From positions 1-64,000 of IMG/VR virus record IMGVR_UViG_3300044646_002092: a DNA stretch of 64,000 nucleotides. One strand, 5' to 3'. This document shows, in pieces, positions 40,089-50,270 of this stretch. How positions within the stretch are numbered: position 1 is the stretch's first letter; every line of letters begins with the position of its first letter. Made by a program: the position numbers and the translations under genes. The DNA is from a virus. The notes beneath the pieces are model-generated. The model made no database searches. It saw only the letters and a list, made by a program, of their open reading frames with translations, and was not told the origin of the DNA.

Positions 40089-40604
40089 ATGAGCAGAAAC
40101 ACACCCGCATCAATCTTTGAACTTAGTCGAACCGTAATGGAAGTTCATCAGTTTATTAAGTTATGGGAGTATGGAAGATTAGATTGGAATACTTGTCTTT
40201 TGGAAATGCACAAAGCTTTAGTGCAAAGATGTATCGAGTTAAACGACAAGTGGGAGGTTGGTTTGAATATATCTGAGAAGTTATTTGCTATATCTGAAAA
40301 CTGCCAACCTCAACCATATCCAGAAGCAAAATTGTTTGAATACAGCAAACTAGAACAACAACAAAATGTAATTCGCTGTATTCGTATTGTTGCAAATGTC
40401 TATTTTAACCTTCTAGATATTGCAAAACAAAAAGCAAGGGACAGACAAATTGAGCGCATTATGTGCTATAAAGATGGGCGCAGGGAATTTCACTACAGCG
40501 ATGGTCACGTAGAGGCTTGGGAAAATGACGGGCAACTTCTTAATTTTGAAGTACACACACAAACTGAAGAACCTAGAAAACCACAAGACTTGGATATTAG
40601 CTGA
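40089..40604 (+). CDS. Hypothetical protein
   Basis: 171 aa ORF between the exonuclease and primase. Confidence 0.6.
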   Translation: MSRNTPASIFELSRTVMEVHQFIKLWEYGRLDWNTCLLEMHKALVQRCIELNDKWEVGLNISEKLFAISENCQPQPYPEAKLFEYSKLEQQQNVIRCIRIVANVYFNLLDIAKQKARDRQIERIMCYKDGRREFHYSDGHVEAWENDGQLLNFEVHTQTEEPRKPQDLDIS

Positions 40605-41457
40605 TTGTCCTGTTTGCGGGGAACATAAACTCAAAATTGTTGCTGAAGGAACCAAGAAGGGCGCTTACTCATGCTATTCGAGCAGTCAATGCCATCTTCT
40701 CCGCAAAGAAGGTACAGGCTATCAACCAAGCTTAATTTCGGCTAAGTTACAAGAGGGAGAATTTCGTCCTCGCCGTAGTTCATCCCCAAGGCAGATACGG
40801 ATTCCAAAGCTTCAAGATATAGTAACTCCACGACCACTAAACCTCGCTGAAATCGATGTCACCCAATTCTTTTCTTCTATACCTTACGATAAACCTTGGC
40901 ACACTTTCTTTGAGGACGGTAAAAAATTAACAATCTATAAATATGATGATTTCACCGTTAATCGCATCGACCCGTCCCCCAACAGTAACGAGAAAAAGTT
41001 CTTCTACTTTCGTATTAAAAAAGACAACGGAGAATGGTCAAATGAAGTTCCTACGGTATTCCGAAATGTGCCACTCTATCGTAGTAAGTATATTTCGAGC
41101 CATGTAGTTTTTGTTGAAGGAGAGAAATGCGCGGCAGCGCTTCAGCAAATTGGAATCGCAGCACTGAGCTTCCCATCGTTTGTGTATCAACAAAGTTATC
41201 TAGCTAAGTTCTTAAGGTGCTTGAGCTACAAGGTGCGTAACATCGCCTATTTGACCGACAACGACGAAGTAGGAGAAGCCAAGGGACAAAAGTTCTTGCA
41301 TGAAGCTTGGAAATCTGGTATAACAGCTAGCAGCTACAACATCGCAGAATTATTAGGGCGAGGTGCAGAAAAGAATTATGATGCGGCGGATGCCATCGAC
41401 AACTGGGAAATTTGTACTAGAGAAGAATTATTAGGATTATTAAAAAATGCTGTATGA
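40525..41457 (+). CDS. DNA primase (Zn finger + TOPRIM)
   Basis: CPVCGEH...CYSSSQC Zn finger; VFVEGEKCA, LTDNDEVG and YDAAD. Confidence 0.85.
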   Translation: MTGNFLILKYTHKLKNLENHKTWILADCPVCGEHKLKIVAEGTKKGAYSCYSSSQCHLLRKEGTGYQPSLISAKLQEGEFRPRRSSSPRQIRIPKLQDIVTPRPLNLAEIDVTQFFSSIPYDKPWHTFFEDGKKLTIYKYDDFTVNRIDPSPNSNEKKFFYFRIKKDNGEWSNEVPTVFRNVPLYRSKYISSHVVFVEGEKCAAALQQIGIAALSFPSFVYQQSYLAKFLRCLSYKVRNIAYLTDNDEVGEAKGQKFLHEAWKSGITASSYNIAELLGRGAEKNYDAADAIDNWEICTREELLGLLKNAV

Positions 41458-43126
41458 CCCTGCACTTGGATTAGAGAAAATCGAATTTAATACAAGCAAG
41501 CGCAATGCCTTGTACGAAGCTTATTTTGAAGATTTAAAAGGTTTTATTGAATCTATTGGTAATTGTGACACATCCGCAGAGATTCGTCGGCTAGATAAGG
41601 ATTATTTACTCTCAAAATTGCAAGATAAATGGTTCCCTGTCCTGAGTTTCGATGCCAATAAAATTAAAAATCACATCGCGGAATTGCAGACACCTAAGAA
41701 GGAATTTAAGCAGTCGTTCAATCTTGAAGAAGTTCTGTCATCTTACAATCCATCGAGCAACTGGATTATCCCTCAACTATTACGTTCTGCGGGGCTGTTT
41801 GTACTCGCTGGCGAGCCTAAAATTGGCAAATCTATCATCGGATATCACCTAGCATACGCTGTTGCAATCTCTGGAAGGTTCCTCGGTAAGCCTGTTAAAA
41901 AAGGTCGTGTTTTGTATCTTCAACTTGAAGAAGATATGTCCACAATTTCCGAGAGGTTTCATTTCGTCGGGTTTGGTAACAAGCGAAATACAGCCGTGAA
42001 CCTCGCTATCGAGTTTGACCCCAGTGTAGTTACAGTAGACCGTACTTTCGACGCTACAATTGATATCCCTCGACTCTATCAGCGTATTGCTGAACTAAAC
42101 CCGTCCTTAGTAATTATCGATTCACTTCGCGCTGCTACAATTAATTCCTTGACGGCAGAGACAGATTCTCAATTCGGCAAGTTGGTTGCATCTATTCAGC
42201 AAGTATTTAACCAGACAGATACTTGTGGAGTACTTATCCACCACATGAATAAAGAGGCTAACAAGGGCAAAAACAAGCGTAGTGGAAGCATTGTCAATGC
42301 AGTATCAGGCAGTACTTCAATTGTATCTAACTCATCGGGTGTGATAGCTCTGTATGCTGCTGACGAAGAAGAATACGGCAAGGGAAAAGGAAAAGTACTT
42401 ATGAGGACTCTGCCCCGTAACGGGCTTCCAATCACTTTGGAGTATAGTCAGAACACAACAGATTCTGGGTTGTGGGAATTATGCCTTGAAAGTGAAGAAG
42501 ATGTCTCTCAAGACAGTCTAACTTCTAAGGTACTCAGGTTCCTTGCTAATCACCCTAGCAAATATTTCCCCTTATCAGAAATCATCGAGAACATTAAGTC
42601 GGGCGACACTTTTGAATTGCGCCAATCTGTAAACTATTTGGCTACAAGTCAGACAATTATTTGCAAACATTCTGGCGAAGTGACTGAATATTGTTTACCA
42701 GAAGAGTCGTTGTGGATTATAGACCCTGAAAAAAATACTGGGGGTGTGAAACCTGACATTGTTGATGCGAATATACTCTCCCGTTGCAAAACAAAGACAG
42801 AGTTGTACGAGAAAACGAAAGATTGGACTCCCTACCAGCGCAAATCTGCTTTGAAACTGTTAGATGTTAATGAAAAGGCAAGACTAGACGACCTCAGACT
42901 CTCTTTTCTGTACTCCGTAGGGGATTCAGTGTCTCATTCAGGGGAAATCTTCACGGTTGTATCTCGTAGCGACAAAGCTACTCTCCGAGATACAGAATAT
43001 GAGGTGGAAGATTTTAATGGTCAGAGATATACCTTAAGCGAGATGCTAATTGAGGGCTTGGCTGGTAATCTCACTCAAGATGTAATTATAGAAGGTACAA
43101 ATGACCAAGAAGATGACGAGTTCTGA
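41447..43126 (+). CDS. Replicative RecA/DnaB-like (AAA_25) helicase
   Basis: LAGEPKIGKS, LYLQLEE, LVIIDSL, IHHMNK, SGSTSI. Confidence 0.85.
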   Translation: MLYDPALGLEKIEFNTSKRNALYEAYFEDLKGFIESIGNCDTSAEIRRLDKDYLLSKLQDKWFPVLSFDANKIKNHIAELQTPKKEFKQSFNLEEVLSSYNPSSNWIIPQLLRSAGLFVLAGEPKIGKSIIGYHLAYAVAISGRFLGKPVKKGRVLYLQLEEDMSTISERFHFVGFGNKRNTAVNLAIEFDPSVVTVDRTFDATIDIPRLYQRIAELNPSLVIIDSLRAATINSLTAETDSQFGKLVASIQQVFNQTDTCGVLIHHMNKEANKGKNKRSGSIVNAVSGSTSIVSNSSGVIALYAADEEEYGKGKGKVLMRTLPRNGLPITLEYSQNTTDSGLWELCLESEEDVSQDSLTSKVLRFLANHPSKYFPLSEIIENIKSGDTFELRQSVNYLATSQTIICKHSGEVTEYCLPEESLWIIDPEKNTGGVKPDIVDANILSRCKTKTELYEKTKDWTPYQRKSALKLLDVNEKARLDDLRLSFLYSVGDSVSHSGEIFTVVSRSDKATLRDTEYEVEDFNGQRYTLSEMLIEGLAGNLTQDVIIEGTNDQEDDEF

Positions 43127-43571
43127 TTGTTCGATTGATGACATAGACATACCTCTTCTAGAAGGTCGCACAATATTTATGAACAGAAAAGGCTACGGAG
43201 AGATTAAACTTCGTAATAAGGGTGTCCTAGTACATCGTCTCATTCATGTAGCAATGGGGCTTGACCCCAATCTCCAGACCGACCACAAAAATCAAAATAA
43301 ACTAGATTGTAGAAGAGAAAATCTTCGTGAGGCTACACAGACCCAAAACAAAGCTAATTCCAGAGCGTATAAAAATAACACTTCTGGATTTAAAGGGGTT
43401 AGTTTCCACAAAAGACAGAAGAAATATAACGCTCGTCTCAGAATCAATAAAGAGGTTGTCCATCTAGGATGCTTTCTTGACCCTGTAGATGCAGCCAAAG
43501 CTTATGACAAGGCTGCTGTAGAGTATTTTGGTGAGTTTGCGTTTACAAACAAAGACATGGGATTGTACTAA
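43101..43571 (+). CDS. HNH-AP2 homing endonuclease (paralog of 37138..37650)
   Basis: TDHKNQNKLDCRRENLR, TSGFKGV, AAKAYDKAAVEYFGEFA. Confidence 0.85.
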   Translation: MTKKMTSSDCSIDDIDIPLLEGRTIFMNRKGYGEIKLRNKGVLVHRLIHVAMGLDPNLQTDHKNQNKLDCRRENLREATQTQNKANSRAYKNNTSGFKGVSFHKRQKKYNARLRINKEVVHLGCFLDPVDAAKAYDKAAVEYFGEFAFTNKDMGLY

Positions 43572-43572
43572 C

Positions 43573-44006
43573 ATGAAAAGACTATTTCTGCGTCACTATC
43601 TATCAGTTTCGGCATTCTTCCTTGGATGGTCATTATCGGCTCTCATCTTGTCGGCTTTTTTCTCTGGCACTAATCAAAAATATGCTTCTAGGGAAAGTTT
43701 GTTTCAAGCAAGTGCGGCTTTTGTTTTAAGTATTGGTACTGCTTATATTGGTGATACTGAAAGGAAGAAATAATAATGTTAGCCGTCAGTTTCATAGCTA
43801 CGTTCATGTCCATCACAGGGTATGCGCTACTGTCTCGACTCAGTTCCACAATGTTTCAGCAGAAAGTTGGATTGACATTGAAGCTTGTCTCTGGCATACT
43901 ATTTCTCACTTACGCTTGGCATCTACAGGATTTCAGCTTTCTGATTTTGACTGTGTTTTATTTCTGTATCGATTCTGTTAATTTATATCAAAGAGTTAAA
44001 AAGTAA
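43573..44006 (+). other. Two small membrane proteins (~43573..43773 and 43776..44006)
   Basis: Each has two or three hydrophobic segments. Confidence 0.6.
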
Positions 44007-44653
44007 TGAGTAGAAAGATTGTTGCAGCTATATCTAGCATCAACGGAGGAAAAGACTTCATTATGAATCGTCTCCAATCTAGATTGATATATCAGCATCG
44101 CTACACTATGTCTACGGTGCGTTGCCGCTTCGCAGACTCGTTGAATGAAGCCGTTGCACCTATTCTCGGTATTAGTGGCAAGGAGTTGCAAGACCGCAGC
44201 TTAAAAGAGGAAAAACGTTTCAGTTTTGGTACTAACCGTTCTGGAATCAATCACAAATGGTCTTCGAGAGATGTGCAGAAAAGAGTAGGGCAATTACTCC
44301 GCGAAGAACTTGGCGAAGACGTATTTATTAATGCACTTGACAGACGATACAATGGGATTTTACTTATATCAGATTTACGGTATCAAAATGAATTGGATTG
44401 GATACGTTCTCAGGGGGGAAAAGTTGTGTATATTCACAATGAAGCTGCTGCTCAGGTTCAGAAGTCGAGGGAGTCTATTCCTGTAGGGTTCGGTGACGAC
44501 AAGCATTATCCCCCAGAGAGTGAGTTGTTGCAGTGGGATTTCTACAACAAGGTAGAGACACCTGACTACTGGCTAGACAATAATGATTTTGATAATCATT
44601 CTCATTTTGATGATTTTGTTGAGTTTGTTTTGGATTATTTGGAGCAAGATTAA
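44006..44653 (+). CDS. Deoxynucleoside monophosphate kinase
   Basis: SSINGGKD P-loop variant, FADSL, ISDLRYQNE...GGKVVYI. Confidence 0.8.
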   Translation: MSRKIVAAISSINGGKDFIMNRLQSRLIYQHRYTMSTVRCRFADSLNEAVAPILGISGKELQDRSLKEEKRFSFGTNRSGINHKWSSRDVQKRVGQLLREELGEDVFINALDRRYNGILLISDLRYQNELDWIRSQGGKVVYIHNEAAAQVQKSRESIPVGFGDDKHYPPESELLQWDFYNKVETPDYWLDNNDFDNHSHFDDFVEFVLDYLEQD

Positions 44654-47224
44654 GTGGCAGATAGAATTTTGGCGATTGACATTGAAACTGATAATCTCTT
44701 ATCAGGTATGCTCGATTATTCTAGTTTTCCCTACAAGTTGCTTCCTAGCGCGAAGTTGCACTGTGTTGTTGTAAAAAATGTAGAGACAGGAGAGACTTGG
44801 AGTGCAGAGAAGGAAAATGTTACTAAGGCTTGGCTTGCTGGTGTGCTGAAGGGTTGCACACACTTGGTTGCTCATAATGGCATCTCGTTCGACTTTCCAG
44901 CGTTGAAGTTATTCGGCGTTCTCGATTACAGAATTGGATATCTTGACCAGCCTGATACCGTGTTTGGGCAACCTTGCCAAATTGTTGATACGTTGCTTTT
45001 ATCTCGCTTGTTAAGTCCTGACCGTTATACTCCCGAAGGCATGGGACATTCGCTCGAAGTTTGGGGTCAACGGTTGGGCGAAGAAAAGTCAGATTATCGT
45101 GCAGCTTGTATTGCTGCGGGTTACATTGAAAAAAATTCTGGTAAAGGGGAGCAGTTCCTAAATTGGACACCACTTTTGCTCGATTATTGTCGGCAAGATA
45201 CAGTAGTCACTTGCAAACTGTTTCAGCGCTTGTGGTCTGAGTACTTGGAGTATTCGGGCTGGCATCAAGCTTTTAAGATGGAATCGAAGTTGTGTGACCT
45301 TGGAGTAAGGCGAGAACATTTGGGTTTCGCATTTGATGTAGAAAAAGCGAAAATTGCGGTTGCTGACCTGCAAGAGAAAATGAAAGCGATTGCAGACGCT
45401 ATTAATCCAATTCTCCCTCCAAAACCTCGCAATAAAGGGGAACTTGCTGAAGTAACTCCTCCAGCTAACCAACTAAAAACTCACAAAGCTGTCTATCTTC
45501 CTAAAGTGCAAGTCAAGAAAGATGGTAAGCTTTCGTCTGCGGTCGTTAAGTTCTTAAATAACCAAGAAGAAATTGAGTATACCGAAGGGGATTTTAGTTT
45601 CATTTTTGGTGGTCAGACTTTTCAATTGCCTTACTACGAAGCTCTAGTGCCTGAGTTTACTGAACCTAGCGATGTGATGCTACGTTTTACTGAAAGAGTT
45701 GGTGCTACTATCGAAAAAATCGACGAGGAGTGGCTTCTATTTTATAAGGGGCAAATGTATCCCTTGCCTTATAATGAACCGCTAGAGAGCCATATTAAAG
45801 CAGATATTGACGACATTGATTGGGTGAAGTCTGTCCTTATTTCAAAAAACTGGCAACCCACTGAATTTCGGGTTAGGAATCTTATTTGTGATTCCAAGAA
45901 GCAATCTATACCTTACGAGAAACGCTTAGCAGCATTGAAACGGTACGTCAAAGAAACTATTGAAGATGGTAAGTATAAAGAACAAAGACTAGAGATTCTT
46001 GAGCTAAATGAAGAAAATTTGTTTCCTGCTCTAGCAGAAAAAATTAAAGGGAATCGACCAGTGGTAGTCCCCACTTCTCCTTGTATACGGGTCGGGGTTG
46101 AGAAAGAGCTTTGCCCATCTCTTATTAAAATTGGAGAAAAAGTTGCGTTTGCCAAAGATTTCGCTCTGTATCTTACCTATAAACACCGCAAAAATTCGAT
46201 TGCAGGTGGTGTTGACGATGAAGAGTGGGAGTTTAACGAGGATAATCCGCCAAACTCAGGATATCTAAACCAATATCGTCAGGTTGATGGAAGAATACCT
46301 GCACCAGCCATCGAAATTGGAGCCGCAAGTCATCGTTATCGACATATCGGCATCACTAACATACCCAGAGTTACCAGCACTTACGGTTTTCAAATGCGAG
46401 AGCTTTTTGGGTGTGGGTCTGGGGCTTTTCAATTTTCCTATGACTTTTCATCTTTAGAAGCGATGGTGATGGCTTTGTGGTGTTTAAAATACACGAATGG
46501 GGAAGAGTTGGCAAAAGATTTGGTTGCTGTCAAACCTAATGACATTCACACCAAAAACAGCATTAAATTAGGAATACCCAGAAGCGATGCAAAATCTCTT
46601 CAGTATGCCTTAATTTATGGTTGTCAACCTGCCAAAGTTGCAAAAATGTTGTCTGTCTCTTTAAAAGAGGGGCAAAGAATTTACGATGAGTATTGGCAAG
46701 CTGTTCCTGCACTAAAAGAGTTGCGCGACAACTTGGAAAAACATTGGAACAAAAATGGTAAAACTTGGATAAGAACAATCGATGGTAGAAAAATTAATAC
46801 ACGTTCTAAGCACTCTCTACTTAATTTTTTGTTCCAGTCTACAGGCATTATTTGTGCCAAATATACTAATGTTTTGTCAATGCAAATTTTGGAGGAAAAA
46901 GGGTATTGTATTGATTGTTTTGTAGCTGAACCTGATGTAGCTGAGATGATTCATATGCACGATGAACAAGCTCTCCGCATCAAAAAACACATGGTACAAA
47001 TCAAAAAGTTTGCTAGTGAAGAAGAAGGTCGTCAGTTTGTGGAAAATTGGAAAGGTGAACAAATCTCTCCTTTAATGCACGACAAAAATTGGTATATAGT
47101 TCTTCCGAACGATATCTCTAGAGCTATCTCTGATGCTATATTAAAGACCGAAAAACTTCTCAAATTAAGTGTTCACTTGCAGACTGAAATAATGGTTAAT
47201 TACAATTGGGCAAAATGCCACTAA
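44654..47224 (+). CDS. polA: Family A (T7-like) DNA polymerase with 3'-5' exonuclease
   Basis: Exo motifs IDIET, HNGISFD and YCRQD; pol motif A DFSSLE, motif B RSDAKSLQYALIYG (Tyr at the E. coli 762-equivalent position), motif C MHDE. Confidence 0.95.
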   Translation: MADRILAIDIETDNLLSGMLDYSSFPYKLLPSAKLHCVVVKNVETGETWSAEKENVTKAWLAGVLKGCTHLVAHNGISFDFPALKLFGVLDYRIGYLDQPDTVFGQPCQIVDTLLLSRLLSPDRYTPEGMGHSLEVWGQRLGEEKSDYRAACIAAGYIEKNSGKGEQFLNWTPLLLDYCRQDTVVTCKLFQRLWSEYLEYSGWHQAFKMESKLCDLGVRREHLGFAFDVEKAKIAVADLQEKMKAIADAINPILPPKPRNKGELAEVTPPANQLKTHKAVYLPKVQVKKDGKLSSAVVKFLNNQEEIEYTEGDFSFIFGGQTFQLPYYEALVPEFTEPSDVMLRFTERVGATIEKIDEEWLLFYKGQMYPLPYNEPLESHIKADIDDIDWVKSVLISKNWQPTEFRVRNLICDSKKQSIPYEKRLAALKRYVKETIEDGKYKEQRLEILELNEENLFPALAEKIKGNRPVVVPTSPCIRVGVEKELCPSLIKIGEKVAFAKDFALYLTYKHRKNSIAGGVDDEEWEFNEDNPPNSGYLNQYRQVDGRIPAPAIEIGAASHRYRHIGITNIPRVTSTYGFQMRELFGCGSGAFQFSYDFSSLEAMVMALWCLKYTNGEELAKDLVAVKPNDIHTKNSIKLGIPRSDAKSLQYALIYGCQPAKVAKMLSVSLKEGQRIYDEYWQAVPALKELRDNLEKHWNKNGKTWIRTIDGRKINTRSKHSLLNFLFQSTGIICAKYTNVLSMQILEEKGYCIDCFVAEPDVAEMIHMHDEQALRIKKHMVQIKKFASEEEGRQFVENWKGEQISPLMHDKNWYIVLPNDISRAISDAILKTEKLLKLSVHLQTEIMVNYNWAKCH

Positions 47225-47228
47225 ATAT

Positions 47229-47717
47229 ATGTTTAAAGAAATTTACAATGGTTATCAGGTTAACAAAGAAGGTGTTGTGTTAGGTCGAAGGGGTCAACCT
47301 TTATCGCAACACGATAACGGAAGAGGATATTTAATTGTTTCTCTTATCCTTGATGGTAAGTACACATCTAAAGCAGTTCACAGATTAGTAGCCGAAGCAT
47401 TTCTTGACAACCCCAATAACTACTCAGATGTCAACCATATAGATTGCGATAGGCGTAACAACAAAGTTGAAAACTTGGAATGGATGACTCATGGCAACAA
47501 CATCAAGTACAGCTACGACAATGAAAAACGTTCTGCTGTTGGTGAAAGCAATGCCAGATGTAAGACAACTGAAAAAATTGTTGTTGAGATTTGTGAACTA
47601 CTTCAACAAGGTCTAAAACCATCCAAAGTTCGCGACATGGGTTACTATTACAATCTTGTGAGGTCAATTAAGCAGAGAAGGTTGTGGACTAGTATCTCCA
47701 AAGATTATGTCTGGTAA
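47229..47717 (+). CDS. HNH homing endonuclease
   Basis: VHRLVAEAF...VNHIDCDRRNNKVENLEW. Confidence 0.85.
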   Translation: MFKEIYNGYQVNKEGVVLGRRGQPLSQHDNGRGYLIVSLILDGKYTSKAVHRLVAEAFLDNPNNYSDVNHIDCDRRNNKVENLEWMTHGNNIKYSYDNEKRSAVGESNARCKTTEKIVVEICELLQQGLKPSKVRDMGYYYNLVRSIKQRRLWTSISKDYVW

Positions 47718-47776
47718 TACCTCCCTCGACAGATGACGCTCCCTTCAACTAACGACATAATACCCACATCAACTAA

Positions 47777-48688
47777 GTGACGCACATGACCAACAAATTC
47801 ATTAAGCCAATCAAAGAGTTCCTTGAAATCACTCGTGAAAATCTAAAGTGGGCAGCAAGTGAGATTCAGCACCAATATTTCCTTTCTACCCTTCGAGACA
47901 TCGAAAAGAAATACCCTGAAATGCACACCGAAGTGGAAGCGTTCACTGAACATCTCGACGCTATTTTTTATGGTATTACAGACGAAGATTGCCCTGATTT
48001 CGTAGAAACATCTGACACAACTTATTTTCGCGTAGTAGCGAAAGGCACTCAAGGCAACTCAGCAGCCTCCCCAGTAAACAAGTTTGAAAATGGTGTGGTG
48101 ACAACTATCTCCAATTCAATTATCGTGTGGGATTCAGGATTCACGGATACACAATTGTCTGTAGGTGTTGTAATCACTAAAGATGGCAACTCTTACCGTG
48201 TCGTGGACGGATTTAGTGGCAAGCTAGACATCACCGAGCAGCTAGACGTAATTACCAAACTTTCATCGCAGTATCCAGATGCAGTAGTCGGTATCTTGAA
48301 CAAAGCCAACGGCGCAGCATTGTTTCACTTGCTACAGTCGAAAATCCCCAACATTCAACAGATTGAAACGTACTTTAGTGAAGGCACTCGTCTTGAAAAC
48401 ATCAAAAAAGAAGGTAGATTACTATTTGATTTTGGGTATGACGAAGAACGGGAGATTGCTATAAACTACGGTGTTGAGTATCTTTACAATCAATCCCTTA
48501 ATAGCTTTACGGACGTTGACCTCACAGACTTGAAACAAGGTGACTACCTATCGAATCGCTTCGGCGCACCTGAGTTTGAAACCGAAGCTGAAACCGACGC
48601 ATTCAAGTTTGTAGAGATGAAGCAAAATATCTCAGACGACGGACTCAACGAACCACGCTACCCTTACGACACCGAGCCAAGCGCATAA
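47777..48688 (+). CDS. Protein carrying a degenerate paralog of the TerL nuclease domain
   Basis: IIVWDSGF...YRVVDGFSGKLDITEQ...YPDAVVGILNKANGAALFHLL aligns with TerL LIMWDLTF...YYVIDGIRAKLDIVGQ...YPEAEIGVEAKANGEAVMRLL. Confidence 0.8.
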   Translation: MTHMTNKFIKPIKEFLEITRENLKWAASEIQHQYFLSTLRDIEKKYPEMHTEVEAFTEHLDAIFYGITDEDCPDFVETSDTTYFRVVAKGTQGNSAASPVNKFENGVVTTISNSIIVWDSGFTDTQLSVGVVITKDGNSYRVVDGFSGKLDITEQLDVITKLSSQYPDAVVGILNKANGAALFHLLQSKIPNIQQIETYFSEGTRLENIKKEGRLLFDFGYDEEREIAINYGVEYLYNQSLNSFTDVDLTDLKQGDYLSNRFGAPEFETEAETDAFKFVEMKQNISDDGLNEPRYPYDTEPSA

Positions 48689-50203
48689 TGGAACCTGAAG
48701 TAATTCAAATGTTTTACATTTACCCTGAAGGTTGCGAAGACCTATATCGCTACTCAGTTATCGGCGAACTCCGCGATGTAGGTACTAACGGTGTCACTAT
48801 CGACTTCGAGGAACGCGCGAGTGTAGATGACCCGTACAAAGCTCAGCAGACAATCTCATTTACGGTAGAAGAAGCTCAGGCACTACAAAAAAGTATCGGA
48901 CTAATTCTTAAGCAATTTAAGCGCTAGTAGGGAGGCTCTTGTTCAGGCTGCTGACCCTGCGGTAGTAACCCTCCTAGCATCGGAAGGACGTACATCCCCG
49001 TCATCGCGACACCTCCAAGTCCAGCAGCAGCTTTCCCGTATCTTCCAGCAGTATTTTTAGCTTTACCCCAAAATCCTTTTACTTCAGCAACAGGGCTTTG
49101 AGTGTTCAAATTTTTAACTACTTGTTGGTTAATATTCTTAGTAACTTGTTGTTGGGGTAAGTTTTGGTTATTTTGATTTAGTCCCTTAGCAGCATTCTCT
49201 CTTAATTTCGCAGATTGTTCTGCCGCTTGCCTTTTATAATTCTCATAGCCTTCACGGTCATTTTTCATTAACCACTGAGCATCTTTGCCAGTTTGAGATT
49301 GTGTACCAAAACTGTTTTTGGTTGCACCAAACCCTTCTCCTGTAGTTCGATTGTACGCAAAATTTACAAAGTGTTGCATTTCTTCTTTTCTGTGTTATTA
49401 TTTACAACAATTCTACCACCTGATAAACATATGTTATTAGAACCACCATCTGAAGAGCCTATTCATAATTTTGACCTATCCCTTCTTAACAAGCGTATTG
49501 AGGAGGTAAAAACTGCCACCAGAGCAATTCCTGAACAAGATTATGTAGCTACCAAATTAGCTACAGAATTTTTTATGAATAAAGTGTTTCCTGTTTTAAA
49601 TGTCCCCCAAATTCACCAAATGCTGCAAAATCCTGAGTTCGTAAAAGCTCTCGGTAATCTTATTGGAACTGGATTCCAAGGGGCATATATCCTTGGAAAG
49701 ACTTCGCGGCGGAATCTTGACCTTAATGAGTAAAATAATCGCCTCATATCGAGGCACACCGATGAAATCGACAGTTGGGCTACCAATTGGTGTTCGACTG
49801 TTCCCTCCAGACGCAAACTACTCTTATAGCCGTGTGGAAATTGAAACAAAAACGCAGTTGACACCCGAACAAGAGCGCAAACTGTTTAAAATACTTGGTG
49901 ATTGGTTCCTACAACTGAAAAAAGAGGTCTAACATGAAATTATTTCGCATTGTTCGCAACGAATATTACAACGAGTATGGTCAACTGGCTAGAACCTATT
50001 GGACTGTCCTAGAGAAACGCAAATTTCTTTGGTGGTATTACTGGAAGACAGTTGAGCATCAAGCTGATTGGGACTACACTTCACCTATAACCTTTAAATC
50101 GAACGAAGATGCAAATGAATTTGTTCAGGAAGTCTTTGTTCTTGGCAAACCTTATTCTCAGTTCGTAGAAATTATTGAAGAGGAGTTCGCAATGTCAACC
50201 TAA
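48688..50203 (+). other. Hypothetical CDSs 48688..48927, 49431..49733, ~49726..49932, 49934..50203
   Basis: Co-oriented ORFs flanking the inverted gene. Confidence 0.6.
48924..49379 (-). CDS. Late-strand protein with MQHFVNF start and a C-terminal Gly-rich hydrophobic helix
   Basis: Extended -10 TGgTAGAAT (49410-49418); its N-terminus matches those of the 198..884 and 3684..4718 modules. Confidence 0.7.
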   Translation of the reverse strand: MQHFVNFAYNRTTGEGFGATKNSFGTQSQTGKDAQWLMKNDREGYENYKRQAAEQSAKLRENAAKGLNQNNQNLPQQQVTKNINQQVVKNLNTQSPVAEVKGFWGKAKNTAGRYGKAAAGLGGVAMTGMYVLPMLGGLLPQGQQPEQEPPY

Positions 50204-50211
50204 AGATAGAG

Positions 50212-50241
50212 TTGCAGAAAAGAAAGCTTCGATGCTAAAAT
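50212..50241 (+). promoter_or_regulatory. Promoter for nrdJ
   Basis: TTGCAG-18 nt-TAAAAT with an extended TG. Confidence 0.55.
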
Positions 50242-50270
50242 AGATAAACCAAAACGACAAAAAAGATATA

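Noticed and set aside
885-49400. T4-type late promoter TATAAATA before minus-strand genes
   Set aside because: Only partial TAAATAA matches in AT-rich leaders; extended -10 elements explain these promoters better.
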